Below, in pieces: positions 18,225 to 28,013 of a stretch of DNA of 64,000 nucleotides; position 1 is the stretch's first letter; every line of letters starts with the position of its first letter. The stretch is from a virus. Where the stretch lies: positions 1-64,000 of the IMG/VR virus record IMGVR_UViG_3300023174_000138. One strand, given 5' to 3'. The notes under the pieces were generated by a model. The model had not been told where the DNA came from, searched no databases, and saw only the letters and a list, made by a program, of their open reading frames with translations. The translations under genes were made by a program, and so were the position numbers.

Positions 18225-19163
18225 TTATTTAAAGAAATCGCCAATTTTGTAACCAGTGGCGTTAACTTTATTATTCTTACTCGTTAGTGAGTGGCCCTTG
18301 CTATCAGGAAGGGCGGAAAGCTTACCATCGTTTACGGCCTTGATATCACCGGAAGCTTTGCCGCCTTTAGCATGACCGAGCTTACCAGCAACCTTATTGT
18401 TCTTGCCTTGTAGAGCTTGACCCTTACTGTCAGGGAGCTGTTCAAGTTGAGTAGCTTCACCGGCTACTTCTTCTTGATCTTCATCTTTTTCTTCTTCTTT
18501 TTCGTCTTTTTTAGCTTTGTGCTGCTCATCTTCTTCTGCAGCAACAGGGGCTTGCTCGTCTTCAGGCTTTTCTTCTGTTTCACCGCCAAGATCTTCTTCA
18601 CCACCGTGATCTTCTTCACCACCACCTAGAACGTCGCCGAGCATATCGTGTAATTTTTGAGCAACATCGCGAGGAAGTGTCAAGGTGATTTCATCGCCCT
18701 CACCACCCATATCTTCTGGCTTATCAGCCTCAGCACCTTCCGGGCCGGCTTGAATGCCAAGATCAAGGGCATCATCCTTCATTACATCTTCATAAAGTTT
18801 ATCAAATATCGATTTGCTCATAATATTATTTATATTCGCTGGCTCCTTTTTTTCAAGGGCTGTAGAAAATTTTTGTGGCTCAAAATGATTATTTTTTTCT
18901 GCATTTTTAGGATCAACTATATTCTTGCTAAAACCTTCTGCGGCTTCTGGGCCAGTATTCTTAAGAGCGAAAGCGTTTTTATCTGTGCCCTTTGCCATTA
19001 TCTTTTTAGCATCAATTTTTTTATCTTTTGCCAATGGAAAAGTAGCTAATGTCTTTTTTGTCTTTTCTTCTACTACTTCTGTACTAGTATTATTTTTCGG
19101 AGCAACATGCTCCATGGCTGCGTAAACCAACCCGATATCTTTAATACTAGTAACTCTTGTCAT
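18225..19163 (-). CDS. Low-complexity acidic/basic late protein (candidate prohead core or internal protein)
   Basis: 312 aa; TATAAATA 6 nt upstream; Glu/Asp-rich middle; duplicated LPDSKG..L..KNNKV at the C-terminus; nested in-frame start at 18821. Confidence 0.75.
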   Translation of the reverse strand: MTRVTSIKDIGLVYAAMEHVAPKNNTSTEVVEEKTKKTLATFPLAKDKKIDAKKIMAKGTDKNAFALKNTGPEAAEGFSKNIVDPKNAEKNNHFEPQKFSTALEKKEPANINNIMSKSIFDKLYEDVMKDDALDLGIQAGPEGAEADKPEDMGGEGDEITLTLPRDVAQKLHDMLGDVLGGGEEDHGGEEDLGGETEEKPEDEQAPVAAEEDEQHKAKKDEKEEEKDEDQEEVAGEATQLEQLPDSKGQALQGKNNKVAGKLGHAKGGKASGDIKAVNDGKLSALPDSKGHSLTSKNNKVNATGYKIGDFFK

Positions 19164-19169
19164 ATATAG

Positions 19170-19190
19170 TATTTATACTCAGGATAAATA
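19170..19190. promoter_or_regulatory. Back-to-back late promoters
   Basis: TATAAATA on - (19170-77) and ATAAATA on + (19184-90), lying 6 and 5 nt from the respective ATGs. Confidence 0.75.
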
Positions 19191-19195
19191 ATAAT

Positions 19196-20911
19196 ATGAC
19201 GGATAAAGAAAAATATTATCTAGGCAACGAACGCTTGCCCACCACAGATACCAAGTTCGAATACACATCTGAGATGATAAGCGAGATTAAAAAATGTAAG
19301 AAAAACCTATTACATTTTGCTGAGAATTACTTCTTTATCATTAACTTAGATAGAGGTAAGGAAAAAATTAAATTATATCCTTGTCAAAAAAGAGTACTCA
19401 GGAACTTAAGAGATAATCGTTTTGTCATACTACTCTCTTCTAGACAGAGCGGTAAAACTACACAAATGACAATATATTGTCTGTGGAATGCATGCTTTAA
19501 TGATGATCAGAGAATTCTTATTGTTGCAAATAAAGAGCAAACAGCGAAAAATATTTTCAAACGGGTAAGACTAGCCTATGAGATGTTACCTAATTTTTTA
19601 AAGCCTGGTGTAGTCGAATACGGTCAGACAAGCATGACACTTACAAACGGCAGTAGTATAGGTATCAGTACAACTAGCAGCGACGCGGGTAGAGGTGATA
19701 GCTGTAATTGTCTTGTGTTGGATGAATTGGCTTTTATTGACAATCATATTGTTGATAAATTCTGGGAATCAGTATATCCAATTATTAGTAGTTCTAAAAA
19801 AAGTAAAATTTTTATTGCAAGTACCCCTAACGGTACAGATAATCTTTTCTACAGACTCTATAAAGGCGCTGAAGAGGGCGATAATAACTGGCGAGCAGAA
19901 AGAATCGATTGGTGGGAAATCCCCGGAAGAGATGAAAAATGGAAACACGATACAATTAAAACTCTTGGTAGCGCGGAAACATTTTCGCAAGAATTTGGAA
20001 ATGAATTTCTTCATGGTGGCGAAAGTAGTATTAATGAATTTCTATATAATTCCTCTTTAAGAGATTGCAGAGAGCCAGAATTTGTTTTTGATGATGGAAA
20101 ATATTTAATGTGGGAGGAGCCACGTGAAGAAAGAATTTATATAGCGGGTGTTGATGTAAGCGAGGGTGTGAACGAGGCGGCTAGCGTTGTACAAATTTTA
20201 GATGTTACTGATTTATCTAGTATAGAGCAGGTTGCGGTTTACCATACTCGAAATACACCGCCATTTCAATTTACTGCAAAACTTTTAGAGATTTTAACAC
20301 AATGGGGGCGGCCACCTGTTTGTATAGAAAGAAATAGTTGCGGTGCGCAAGTGGTAGAACAACTCAAATTTACTCATGGGTATGAAAATATAGTATCGTG
20401 GGGCGCTAAAGCAGGTGATAAAACTGATTTTAAAAGAGTTGGAATTTTATCACACACAAATACAAAGTACAGAGGCATTACTAACATGAGATATTGGGTG
20501 AACGAATTAAAAGTATTAAAGTTTAGAGATATTAATACTCTTAAGGAATTTAAAACTTTTATAAGATATCCTAATAATACGTGGGGTGCACGCCCCGGTG
20601 CTGATACCTGGGATGATAGAGTCATGGCCTTAGTATGGGCTTTAATTATTCTTGAAAATGAGCTTTGTAACAGATATTTTGATGTTATTAAGCTTGATGA
20701 TTGTGATAGACCACAAATTATTAAACCGTTAGACTATGGTATAAGAGGTGTCGTGAGTCCACTCAGCTTATACATGAACGAAAAAAATATTGGGGCTGAA
20801 ACCGCGCTGCCCACTATTTTCGAAGGCGGGAGTGAAGAAAAAGATGCAGAAATGGAAGAGTTAAAAAGACAAGGCTGGTACTTACCGGGACAGTCATTTT
20901 TTGATAAATAA
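19196..20911 (+). CDS. gp17: Terminase large subunit (gp17)
   Basis: YLGN, SRQSGKT, LDELAF, ASTPNG, F.QEFG.EF, GVDVSEG, DDRVMA; start moved to ATG 19196. Confidence 0.96.
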   Translation: MTDKEKYYLGNERLPTTDTKFEYTSEMISEIKKCKKNLLHFAENYFFIINLDRGKEKIKLYPCQKRVLRNLRDNRFVILLSSRQSGKTTQMTIYCLWNACFNDDQRILIVANKEQTAKNIFKRVRLAYEMLPNFLKPGVVEYGQTSMTLTNGSSIGISTTSSDAGRGDSCNCLVLDELAFIDNHIVDKFWESVYPIISSSKKSKIFIASTPNGTDNLFYRLYKGAEEGDNNWRAERIDWWEIPGRDEKWKHDTIKTLGSAETFSQEFGNEFLHGGESSINEFLYNSSLRDCREPEFVFDDGKYLMWEEPREERIYIAGVDVSEGVNEAASVVQILDVTDLSSIEQVAVYHTRNTPPFQFTAKLLEILTQWGRPPVCIERNSCGAQVVEQLKFTHGYENIVSWGAKAGDKTDFKRVGILSHTNTKYRGITNMRYWVNELKVLKFRDINTLKEFKTFIRYPNNTWGARPGADTWDDRVMALVWALIILENELCNRYFDVIKLDDCDRPQIIKPLDYGIRGVVSPLSLYMNEKNIGAETALPTIFEGGSEEKDAEMEELKRQGWYLPGQSFFDK

Positions 20912-20916
20912 ATCAA

Positions 20917-21510
20917 ATGGCAACACAACCAAATCAAACACCAATATTTCAAAGCCCGTTAAACAAGCAGAGAAAAGATAAATTTATTTGCGTTTTAACT
21001 ATTCCAAGAATATTGCGCGATGAAGTAGAGGATATTGCTAGAAGAAATTCTTCAGTAAATTTTGACGCATTACAATTTAGTATTTTTGGCGCTGTCGCCC
21101 CACCTATAGAAATACCTCCAGTCCAAGTACCTTACGCTGGCCAGACTCTTAAGGTGACTTCCTATGCAAGACCTTCATTTCCTGTATTAAAAATTGATTT
21201 TACTGTTGACAATTTTTTTAATAATTATTGGGTTATATATAAATGGCTTGAAGTTTTTAATGACCCAACAATTGGAGTTTTTAGCCCCAATGATACAGAT
21301 TTAGATTCACGAACAGCACAGTATATGACTAATATTACTATCTACGGGTTAGATGAATATAATAATAAAACAATAAAATTTGACTATATCCGGGCGTTTC
21401 CTGTTGCTCTGCAAGGTATTGAATACAATGATAGGGACAGTGGGGAGATGGAATGTAGTTTTAATTTTGCTTATCACCAACTTAAAATAACCCTTTTACC
21501 AGTAAATTAA
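20917..21510 (+). CDS. gp3: Tail tube terminator/completion protein (gp3-like)
   Basis: Tube-fold pattern F.VD....NY..IYKW, AFP..L..IEY, F.Y; ATAAATA 6 nt upstream. Confidence 0.7.
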   Translation: MATQPNQTPIFQSPLNKQRKDKFICVLTIPRILRDEVEDIARRNSSVNFDALQFSIFGAVAPPIEIPPVQVPYAGQTLKVTSYARPSFPVLKIDFTVDNFFNNYWVIYKWLEVFNDPTIGVFSPNDTDLDSRTAQYMTNITIYGLDEYNNKTIKFDYIRAFPVALQGIEYNDRDSGEMECSFNFAYHQLKITLLPVN

Positions 21511-21611
21511 GAAATATTGTATAAAATATTTTTTTTTTGAAAAAGTTAAACATAAATAGTATAAATATTAACGTATGAGTAACCGTCTTTCTACTGGAGT
21601 AACAAAATAAT

Positions 21612-24056
21612 ATGGCAAGAACTATTCAAAGTCCAGGAGTTGAAATTCGTGAAGTTGACCTCACGTTAAGACCTGTAATCAATCAAGGCACTAGTGTATT
21701 TATAACTGGTTTTGCCGCTCAAGGCCCTATCGATGAAGTGTTACAGCCAACCTCTTTAAGCGAATTTGAGCAAATTTACGGTACCCCGACCAATGCCGCA
21801 GAAAGATATTTTTATCATACAGTAAAGGCTGCCCTGCAAGGGCCAGTGCAGTTAAAAGTTTCTAGACTACCTTACGGTGATGATCGAGGTGAAGGCTTTG
21901 CTACATGGCGCTACAGCGCTCTAGTTTACCCAGCAGTCGGCTTCAACACAACAACCAATCCTATTTCTTCAACCTATACAAGCAAGCTTTCTGCAAATGC
22001 ATTATTTCTTACGGCGCCTTATCACCTAGAATTATCTTTAGAACAATATCAACTATTGGCTAATAATAATATTGATTGGTCGGTTGATGGTATTACTGCA
22101 GAAATTCCATTTACTGGGTTTAATGAAATAGGTAGAACAGCGATAATAATCATAAACAAATCTCAAGTGACAAACAATAATAAGTTTGAAGGTTATTATG
22201 TCGCTTTAACAGACAATGCTAATGTTAACCCTGCTACACCCTTTGACGGTGTTGGCTCCATTAAAGCTGTAGGAGCGTCTCTACCAGTTATTGGTGAGGC
22301 TACCTCGTACATTAGTGTACCGAAAACTAGATTAAATTTTGCTTTATCTGCTACAAAATTTGGTGACGGTACAAGTATTAGTGAAGTAATGGAAAACATG
22401 AGCACATTTGATATAGCTGGTACAAACTTCTCTGATACATTATCATTAGGTGTCTTCAAGCTAAGACAGAGCGTATTTTCACCAGATGTGATAGCGTTAG
22501 ATTATGTTTTATCTGAAAAATATGTAGGCTCGCTTGATTATCACAGACAGATTGCTTCTGAAACTGGTGGTGCACCGACGAGCTTTTTCTTAGGGAATTT
22601 AACAAAGAATTCCCCTAACATTAAGGTTTTAGTTAACCCTTATATTTCAAATCAACTATCCAATACATGGCTTGATTCTAGTGGTAAGCCAACAAAAACA
22701 GTGAGAATGGCATCTCAGCAAAACTTTACACCTTTAAGTGTTCAGGGAGCTGTTGACACAAGCACATCATTTTTAACACGCGTAGGTACAACATCCGCTG
22801 TTACTATTAAAGGTAGCGTGGTAAATCTCAAGAATTCAGAATTTGCAGATGTAAACGATTATGCTGACAGTCTGTTTCCACTTGGTGTATATTCAGAAAC
22901 AGTTACAACTAATAAAAATATCGGAAGCTTGCCTCAGAAGTTAGAGCGTGTTTTCGATTTAGTTGAAAATGCCGATCTATATCCAATTAATATTGTCCCC
23001 GAAGCTGGTCTAGGATCAATTTATGTTGGTGTAACTGAGGCCGCGGTTAAGGCAAATATACCTCTTTCCGCGTGCGGTCCCTACAGTGAGACAACTCCAA
23101 TCAACACATTAAGTAGTTTCTATACAACTAATAACGAGCTAATAACCGATGAAGGATTGAGAATACGCGGTAATTATAATGCCGTAGCTAGTGTATTTGT
23201 AAATGCTGCGCAAAATCAAAGAAAAGACTTTTTAGTTGTTCTGGATGCTCTAAGACATATTTTTGTTCAAGGTGAGAACAATAAGATTATCAATACAAAG
23301 AAAATTTACAGTCCTAATGCAGGTGTTGATCCAGATCCTCGCGCACCAGGTTATGTAAGTACTAACTTTAGTCAACACATTTATTGGCCATTAAGACATC
23401 AATTTGGTCTGCTAGATTCTAGTTATGCATGTACATATGCTACGGTAGCCCAGGTCTTAGATCCATCTACTAATAGACAGGTCTGGATTCCATTCTCTGG
23501 GTTTGCAACCGCTGCAATGGCTAATACTGATGCAAACTTTCAACCATGGTTTGCCCCCGCAGGGTTTACACGCGGTATATTACTTGGTGTAAATGATCTT
23601 GGTGTTTATCCTAAGCAGAAGCAGCGCGATCAACTTTATAAAATTGGTCTAAACCCTGTACCGTTCTTCCCTGTTGAAGGTTTTGTTATCTTCGGTCAGA
23701 AGACATTGCTCAAGAAGCCCAGCGCTTTTGATCGCATTAATGTACGTAGATTATTCTTAAATCTAGAAGTAGCTACTAGGGACACTGTTAAGTATTTTGT
23801 GTTCGAACCCAACACATTGTTTACTAGAACACAAGTAATTAATACTTTAACACCTATTTTTGAAAATGCTAAGAATACTGAAGGGTTATATGATTATCTC
23901 ATTATTTGCGATGAGCGTAATAATACGCCCGATGTTATCGATCAAAATGAAATGAAGGTTGATATTTATCTAAAGCCGGTCCGTGCCGCGGAGTTTATCT
24001 TAGTAAGCTTCTACGCTACACGTACTGGTCAAAACTTCCAGGAGTTAGTAGCGTAA
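21612..24056 (+). CDS. gp18: Tail sheath protein (gp18)
   Basis: SPGVEIREVDLT, PWFAPAGFTRG, RDQLY, FGQKTL, SAFDRINVRRLF, FEPN, KPVRAAEFI; TATAAATA at 21560-67 and a GGAG SD. Confidence 0.97.
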   Translation: MARTIQSPGVEIREVDLTLRPVINQGTSVFITGFAAQGPIDEVLQPTSLSEFEQIYGTPTNAAERYFYHTVKAALQGPVQLKVSRLPYGDDRGEGFATWRYSALVYPAVGFNTTTNPISSTYTSKLSANALFLTAPYHLELSLEQYQLLANNNIDWSVDGITAEIPFTGFNEIGRTAIIIINKSQVTNNNKFEGYYVALTDNANVNPATPFDGVGSIKAVGASLPVIGEATSYISVPKTRLNFALSATKFGDGTSISEVMENMSTFDIAGTNFSDTLSLGVFKLRQSVFSPDVIALDYVLSEKYVGSLDYHRQIASETGGAPTSFFLGNLTKNSPNIKVLVNPYISNQLSNTWLDSSGKPTKTVRMASQQNFTPLSVQGAVDTSTSFLTRVGTTSAVTIKGSVVNLKNSEFADVNDYADSLFPLGVYSETVTTNKNIGSLPQKLERVFDLVENADLYPINIVPEAGLGSIYVGVTEAAVKANIPLSACGPYSETTPINTLSSFYTTNNELITDEGLRIRGNYNAVASVFVNAAQNQRKDFLVVLDALRHIFVQGENNKIINTKKIYSPNAGVDPDPRAPGYVSTNFSQHIYWPLRHQFGLLDSSYACTYATVAQVLDPSTNRQVWIPFSGFATAAMANTDANFQPWFAPAGFTRGILLGVNDLGVYPKQKQRDQLYKIGLNPVPFFPVEGFVIFGQKTLLKKPSAFDRINVRRLFLNLEVATRDTVKYFVFEPNTLFTRTQVINTLTPIFENAKNTEGLYDYLIICDERNNTPDVIDQNEMKVDIYLKPVRAAEFILVSFYATRTGQNFQELVA

Positions 24057-24080
24057 CAGTGAGAGGGAATAAATAATTTT

Positions 24081-24632
24081 ATGGCTGATGTAAAACAATT
24101 AATTGCTGATTTTTATAGGGTTGCATCTACTAGAGATTTTCAACGCGATATTCAATTTCGTGTATTGAGCATCACCCCTGGTGGCACAACTATTAGTTTT
24201 GATGAAAATGATTTAGTGTATGCAAAAGCAGCGAGTTTACCTGCACGTCAAATTACAAATGTACAAGCTAAGTTTATGGGATTAAATTTCAACCTTCCTG
24301 GTACCGCAGCATACCCTAACAGTGACGGTTATACACTAACATTCTATAATGATGCTAAGAATAATTTAAGACAAAAATTTGAAGATTGGACCCGTGATAC
24401 ATTTAATGATGCTAACAGCACCGGTAATTACTTCACACCTACACAAGCCAGTACAATAGATCTAGTTCAGCTAGACACTCAAATGAACAGAGTTGCACAA
24501 TATCAACTTGTAGGTGTGAGTATTCGCAATGTTGGTGATATCAAATATAGTATCGGTGAAGGCACTGGTCAAATAGTTGATTTCGACGTTACTCTAGCTT
24601 ATCACTATTTCACACGCAAAGAATTATCTTAA
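24081..24632 (+). CDS. gp19: Tail tube protein (gp19)
   Basis: AASLPA, F.G......PG, LTFYND, LRQKFEDW, FDVTLAY; follows the sheath gene. Confidence 0.88.
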   Translation: MADVKQLIADFYRVASTRDFQRDIQFRVLSITPGGTTISFDENDLVYAKAASLPARQITNVQAKFMGLNFNLPGTAAYPNSDGYTLTFYNDAKNNLRQKFEDWTRDTFNDANSTGNYFTPTQASTIDLVQLDTQMNRVAQYQLVGVSIRNVGDIKYSIGEGTGQIVDFDVTLAYHYFTRKELS

Positions 24633-24658
24633 TTTAATCAGTGCCATAAATATTTTAA

Positions 24659-25597
24659 ATGGCACTTTCTAATCCATTAATTGATGCTTTCCAGGGCTTA
24701 GTTTCTAACACTGTTGGTGTTGGTCGCGGTGTTAATCCTCTTAGCCAGCCTCAAATTACTACACTACTCGGGTTTAATATTCCTGGTGTACCATTAGTTA
24801 GTACTAGAGATTACTTTTTACTTCAACTACAATCATGGCTTACTTCTCTACCGCTACAAACCCAATGGATTGCTGTTATAGATAGTTTTCCTTACGCATT
24901 AAGAACTGAGCTATTACAGAGTCTAGAAAGGACAGACGGCGGTAAAAAAGGCTTTGATATTGACCGAGCACGAGCAATATTAACGAGCTATCCATTACAA
25001 AAAGTAATAGGGTGTGTATTTGCACAAGGCGCACAAATACCTGGCGAGACCCTAACTGTTATGGATACGCCGTTAGACAATAATAGAGGATTTGTACCTG
25101 GTATAATATCTGATAAGCGATCTGGGTACGCTGGTAACCCTCTTGCATTAGATTTTTTAGAAACAAATACAAGTATTGTAGATTTTGTCTTTAGACCCTG
25201 GGTGATGCTCGCTAGTCATTATGGTCTAGTTGCGCGACCAGGAGATATGCCCGGGTCTAAAGACCTTTTTAACGTTAAATCAAACATTACATTACTATGT
25301 TATACGCGTAGCTATCAAAACGTAAGTCAAATTCCAAGAAAAGTATTTACATTTTATAACGTTGTACCCACGCTAATTAATAACTTTAATTTAGACTATG
25401 GCTCTGAACCCACAGATGCTACTGCATATCGTGTAAATTTTACTTACACGAATTATACTATACAAAATAATCTATACTTTCCGCTTGCAGATATTATTCA
25501 AACTGCAAGTTCTGTATTCAACAACGGGTATACACCTACAGTATCACCGTTACAGTCTTCAAATAATTACCCTCAAAATGTAGCTGGTTTTTTCTAA
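24659..25597 (+). CDS. Baseplate tail-tube initiator/cap (gp54/gp48-like)
   Basis: Tube-like fold motifs (LDFLETN, FRPW, F..VVP, V.FTY); position after the tube gene. Confidence 0.6.
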   Translation: MALSNPLIDAFQGLVSNTVGVGRGVNPLSQPQITTLLGFNIPGVPLVSTRDYFLLQLQSWLTSLPLQTQWIAVIDSFPYALRTELLQSLERTDGGKKGFDIDRARAILTSYPLQKVIGCVFAQGAQIPGETLTVMDTPLDNNRGFVPGIISDKRSGYAGNPLALDFLETNTSIVDFVFRPWVMLASHYGLVARPGDMPGSKDLFNVKSNITLLCYTRSYQNVSQIPRKVFTFYNVVPTLINNFNLDYGSEPTDATAYRVNFTYTNYTIQNNLYFPLADIIQTASSVFNNGYTPTVSPLQSSNNYPQNVAGFF

Positions 25598-25616
25598 TTT
25601 TTTTGTTAACTAGCAT

Positions 25617-26441
25617 ATGGAGTTTGTTCTAAATTGTTGGGTCCCATCATTAAGCGGTTTTTATAAAATAAAAGAACTCAGAAACCGGCAAATATCTACC
25701 CTCTCGAAATATATTCTTAACGAAGATCACCCCGGTACAAATCAGTGTTTTGAAGAAATAATAAAAGAAAATTTTGTAGATTACAATGCATATAGTTTAA
25801 ACCGTTTTGATAAATGGTTTATCCTAACATTTCTGCGTGCAATTAACGTTTCTCCAACACTATATCTTCAAACTACAAATACAGGTAACATACCATGTAA
25901 TATAGAAATATCACTTTTTGATATTTTAACTAAACTATCGGAAATTAATTGTATAGATACTTTTAAAATAGGTGTTGAAAATATTAATTTTTTGCTACAA
26001 CCTCATAAATTATTATTTACCGATGAACCAGTTTTAGACTCTATTGCTACGGTTGAATATAAGAGTCAAAATATTACAGATTTAAAATTAATAAAAGAAT
26101 TGCTTTTAAAAAATGTCAATTTAAGAAACTACATAGCTCAGGAATTACTTCTTAAAGATGGTCAGTCTCAACACTACATTATAAAAAATAATAATACTTC
26201 ACTTAATTTAGCTGATTTACCGGTGCGTGTTTATGATAATACATTATTCTTTTTTGTAAGGTCTATCTATTTACCCTACTGCAAGGGATTATATGAAAAG
26301 CAGTATAATTTAATGAGATTTGGCAATTTTAGCTATAGTGATCTACAGCAATTAACACCTGCAGAAAGTGATATTTTCCTAAATTTATTTAAACAAGATG
26401 AATCTGATAAATCTCAGTCTAATGGTATTAATATTCAATAA
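25617..26441 (+). CDS. Baseplate hub assembly protein (gp26-like with gp51-like C-terminus)
   Basis: D..FI..FLRA..V motif of gp26; C-terminal Y.LM....FSYSDL..LTP.E..IF resembling gp51. Confidence 0.55.
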   Translation: MEFVLNCWVPSLSGFYKIKELRNRQISTLSKYILNEDHPGTNQCFEEIIKENFVDYNAYSLNRFDKWFILTFLRAINVSPTLYLQTTNTGNIPCNIEISLFDILTKLSEINCIDTFKIGVENINFLLQPHKLLFTDEPVLDSIATVEYKSQNITDLKLIKELLLKNVNLRNYIAQELLLKDGQSQHYIIKNNNTSLNLADLPVRVYDNTLFFFVRSIYLPYCKGLYEKQYNLMRFGNFSYSDLQQLTPAESDIFLNLFKQDESDKSQSNGINIQ

Positions 26442-26467
26442 CTGGAAAACATTATAAATATATTATT

Positions 26468-28012
26468 ATGGACGATATTAGCTCTGCAAGTAAAGCATCT
26501 CACGAGCTAGATCAATTGCTTCTTGATATAACCATGGGTGATCTGAATAAGGATTTTGCCAATGCTGATAATACAGCAAAGAACTTAATTCAATTTACCC
26601 CGGTCGAAGTACCTAGCGACAAAATAGCTGATCCCTTAGCGGTAGCTAGTCCGCAGTCTAGTAAGCAGGGCGAAACCACTAGTGATATTATTCAAGACAT
26701 TAACTTATCAGATCTTGATAGGCTTAACCAAAAATTTACCGAGCAAACAGCTCGTAATAATCAACCAACTGAGCCTGCAGCCTCTCAACCGCAACAACTT
26801 CCTGTAAAGCAAGAAAAACCTGAAAAAACATTACCTCAACCTGCTTTACAAAAATTTGATGAAAAAGCTTTTAACGAAGAAATGGAAAAAATGGAAGAGA
26901 AACTAGCTAGAGATACTGCCCATTTGGCTCCTCCGCCAGATATATTTTCAAAAAGTACACCTAGCGCAGCGGATAAGGTCAAGGCCATAAAGGAAAAAAC
27001 CGTTACAGAGGGCAAACCAGCAGCTAGCCTGGCAGAAACTCAAGAAAAAAAATTACCCGATTGGGTAACTATGCCTGTAAAGAAAAAAGATAAAGAAGAA
27101 GTAGTTACTAAAGATGTACCTGCAATAAAAGAAAATATTAAAACAACTGGCATTCAACCTGATACAGTTAAAGTAGCTAAACCAGAGCCAGTTCAAGCAC
27201 CTAACACACCTGTAGCAGCTCCGGTAGCTAAGATTACCACACCACCTGCATTACGTACCGAGCAAGAAGCTACCACAAAAAAATCCGAACCTAATCAAGG
27301 TTTAAAGCCTTTTAGTGAAGCACAAGTAGCGCAAGCACCAAAACCAGAATCAAAAGAAAATAAGCCTAAACGACCTATTGATAATCCAAATATAGCTAAC
27401 CAAATACAGTCTGCATTAAGAGGTATTAATGAGCTAAGCCCGGCACTTGATGTTTTTAATCTTAAGGCGTATGTTAATCAGGGTATTAAAGAAGGTGCCG
27501 CAATGAGAGGTGCACCTGGAGTAACGGATATGGAGTCATTGCTAAAGCAGTTACCATTTGCCTCTATACCAAAGCAACCATCTGCTGAACAATCACAGCA
27601 AGCAGCACCAGAACAGCCATCAACACCATTTAATTTTAACCTTGGCTCTTCTATACCAAATATATCGGAGCGCAGGTCTCCAACAGCCCTCGCAAGTAAT
27701 AACGATAGATCACTTATTGTTATAAATCAAAATTTAAATAAGATATCAATTAGTCTTCAGCAAACACAACAAACTCTTGTCAACTCGCTAAATTCGCTAA
27801 ATAATACAGCAATGGAAATACTAAGAACTATACCAACTATATCCATACAACAAGGTCAAACTAATAGTAGTGCTAGTACTAGCAACAATAAAGGTCACTT
27901 CACACCCACTGAATCGTTAAACTTAATAGGTAATTTTAGAGATAAACTCGGATTAACGCCACGAACGTTTGCTAATAATACCGTTTTTCCAGGTAATAAC
28001 AGCATAGCATAA
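26468..28012 (+). CDS. Pro/Lys/Gln-rich late protein, positional tape-measure (gp29) candidate
   Basis: 514 aa, low complexity; TATAAATA 7 nt upstream; lies between the gp26/51-like and gp48-like genes. Confidence 0.5.
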   Translation: MDDISSASKASHELDQLLLDITMGDLNKDFANADNTAKNLIQFTPVEVPSDKIADPLAVASPQSSKQGETTSDIIQDINLSDLDRLNQKFTEQTARNNQPTEPAASQPQQLPVKQEKPEKTLPQPALQKFDEKAFNEEMEKMEEKLARDTAHLAPPPDIFSKSTPSAADKVKAIKEKTVTEGKPAASLAETQEKKLPDWVTMPVKKKDKEEVVTKDVPAIKENIKTTGIQPDTVKVAKPEPVQAPNTPVAAPVAKITTPPALRTEQEATTKKSEPNQGLKPFSEAQVAQAPKPESKENKPKRPIDNPNIANQIQSALRGINELSPALDVFNLKAYVNQGIKEGAAMRGAPGVTDMESLLKQLPFASIPKQPSAEQSQQAAPEQPSTPFNFNLGSSIPNISERRSPTALASNNDRSLIVINQNLNKISISLQQTQQTLVNSLNSLNNTAMEILRTIPTISIQQGQTNSSASTSNNKGHFTPTESLNLIGNFRDKLGLTPRTFANNTVFPGNNSIA

Positions 28013-28013
28013 T

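Noticed and set aside
81-20911. Inteins, introns or homing endonucleases in polymerase, UvsX, helicase or terminase
   Set aside because: Protein lengths are normal, motifs are contiguous, and no splice-junction or LAGLIDADG/HNH signatures were seen.
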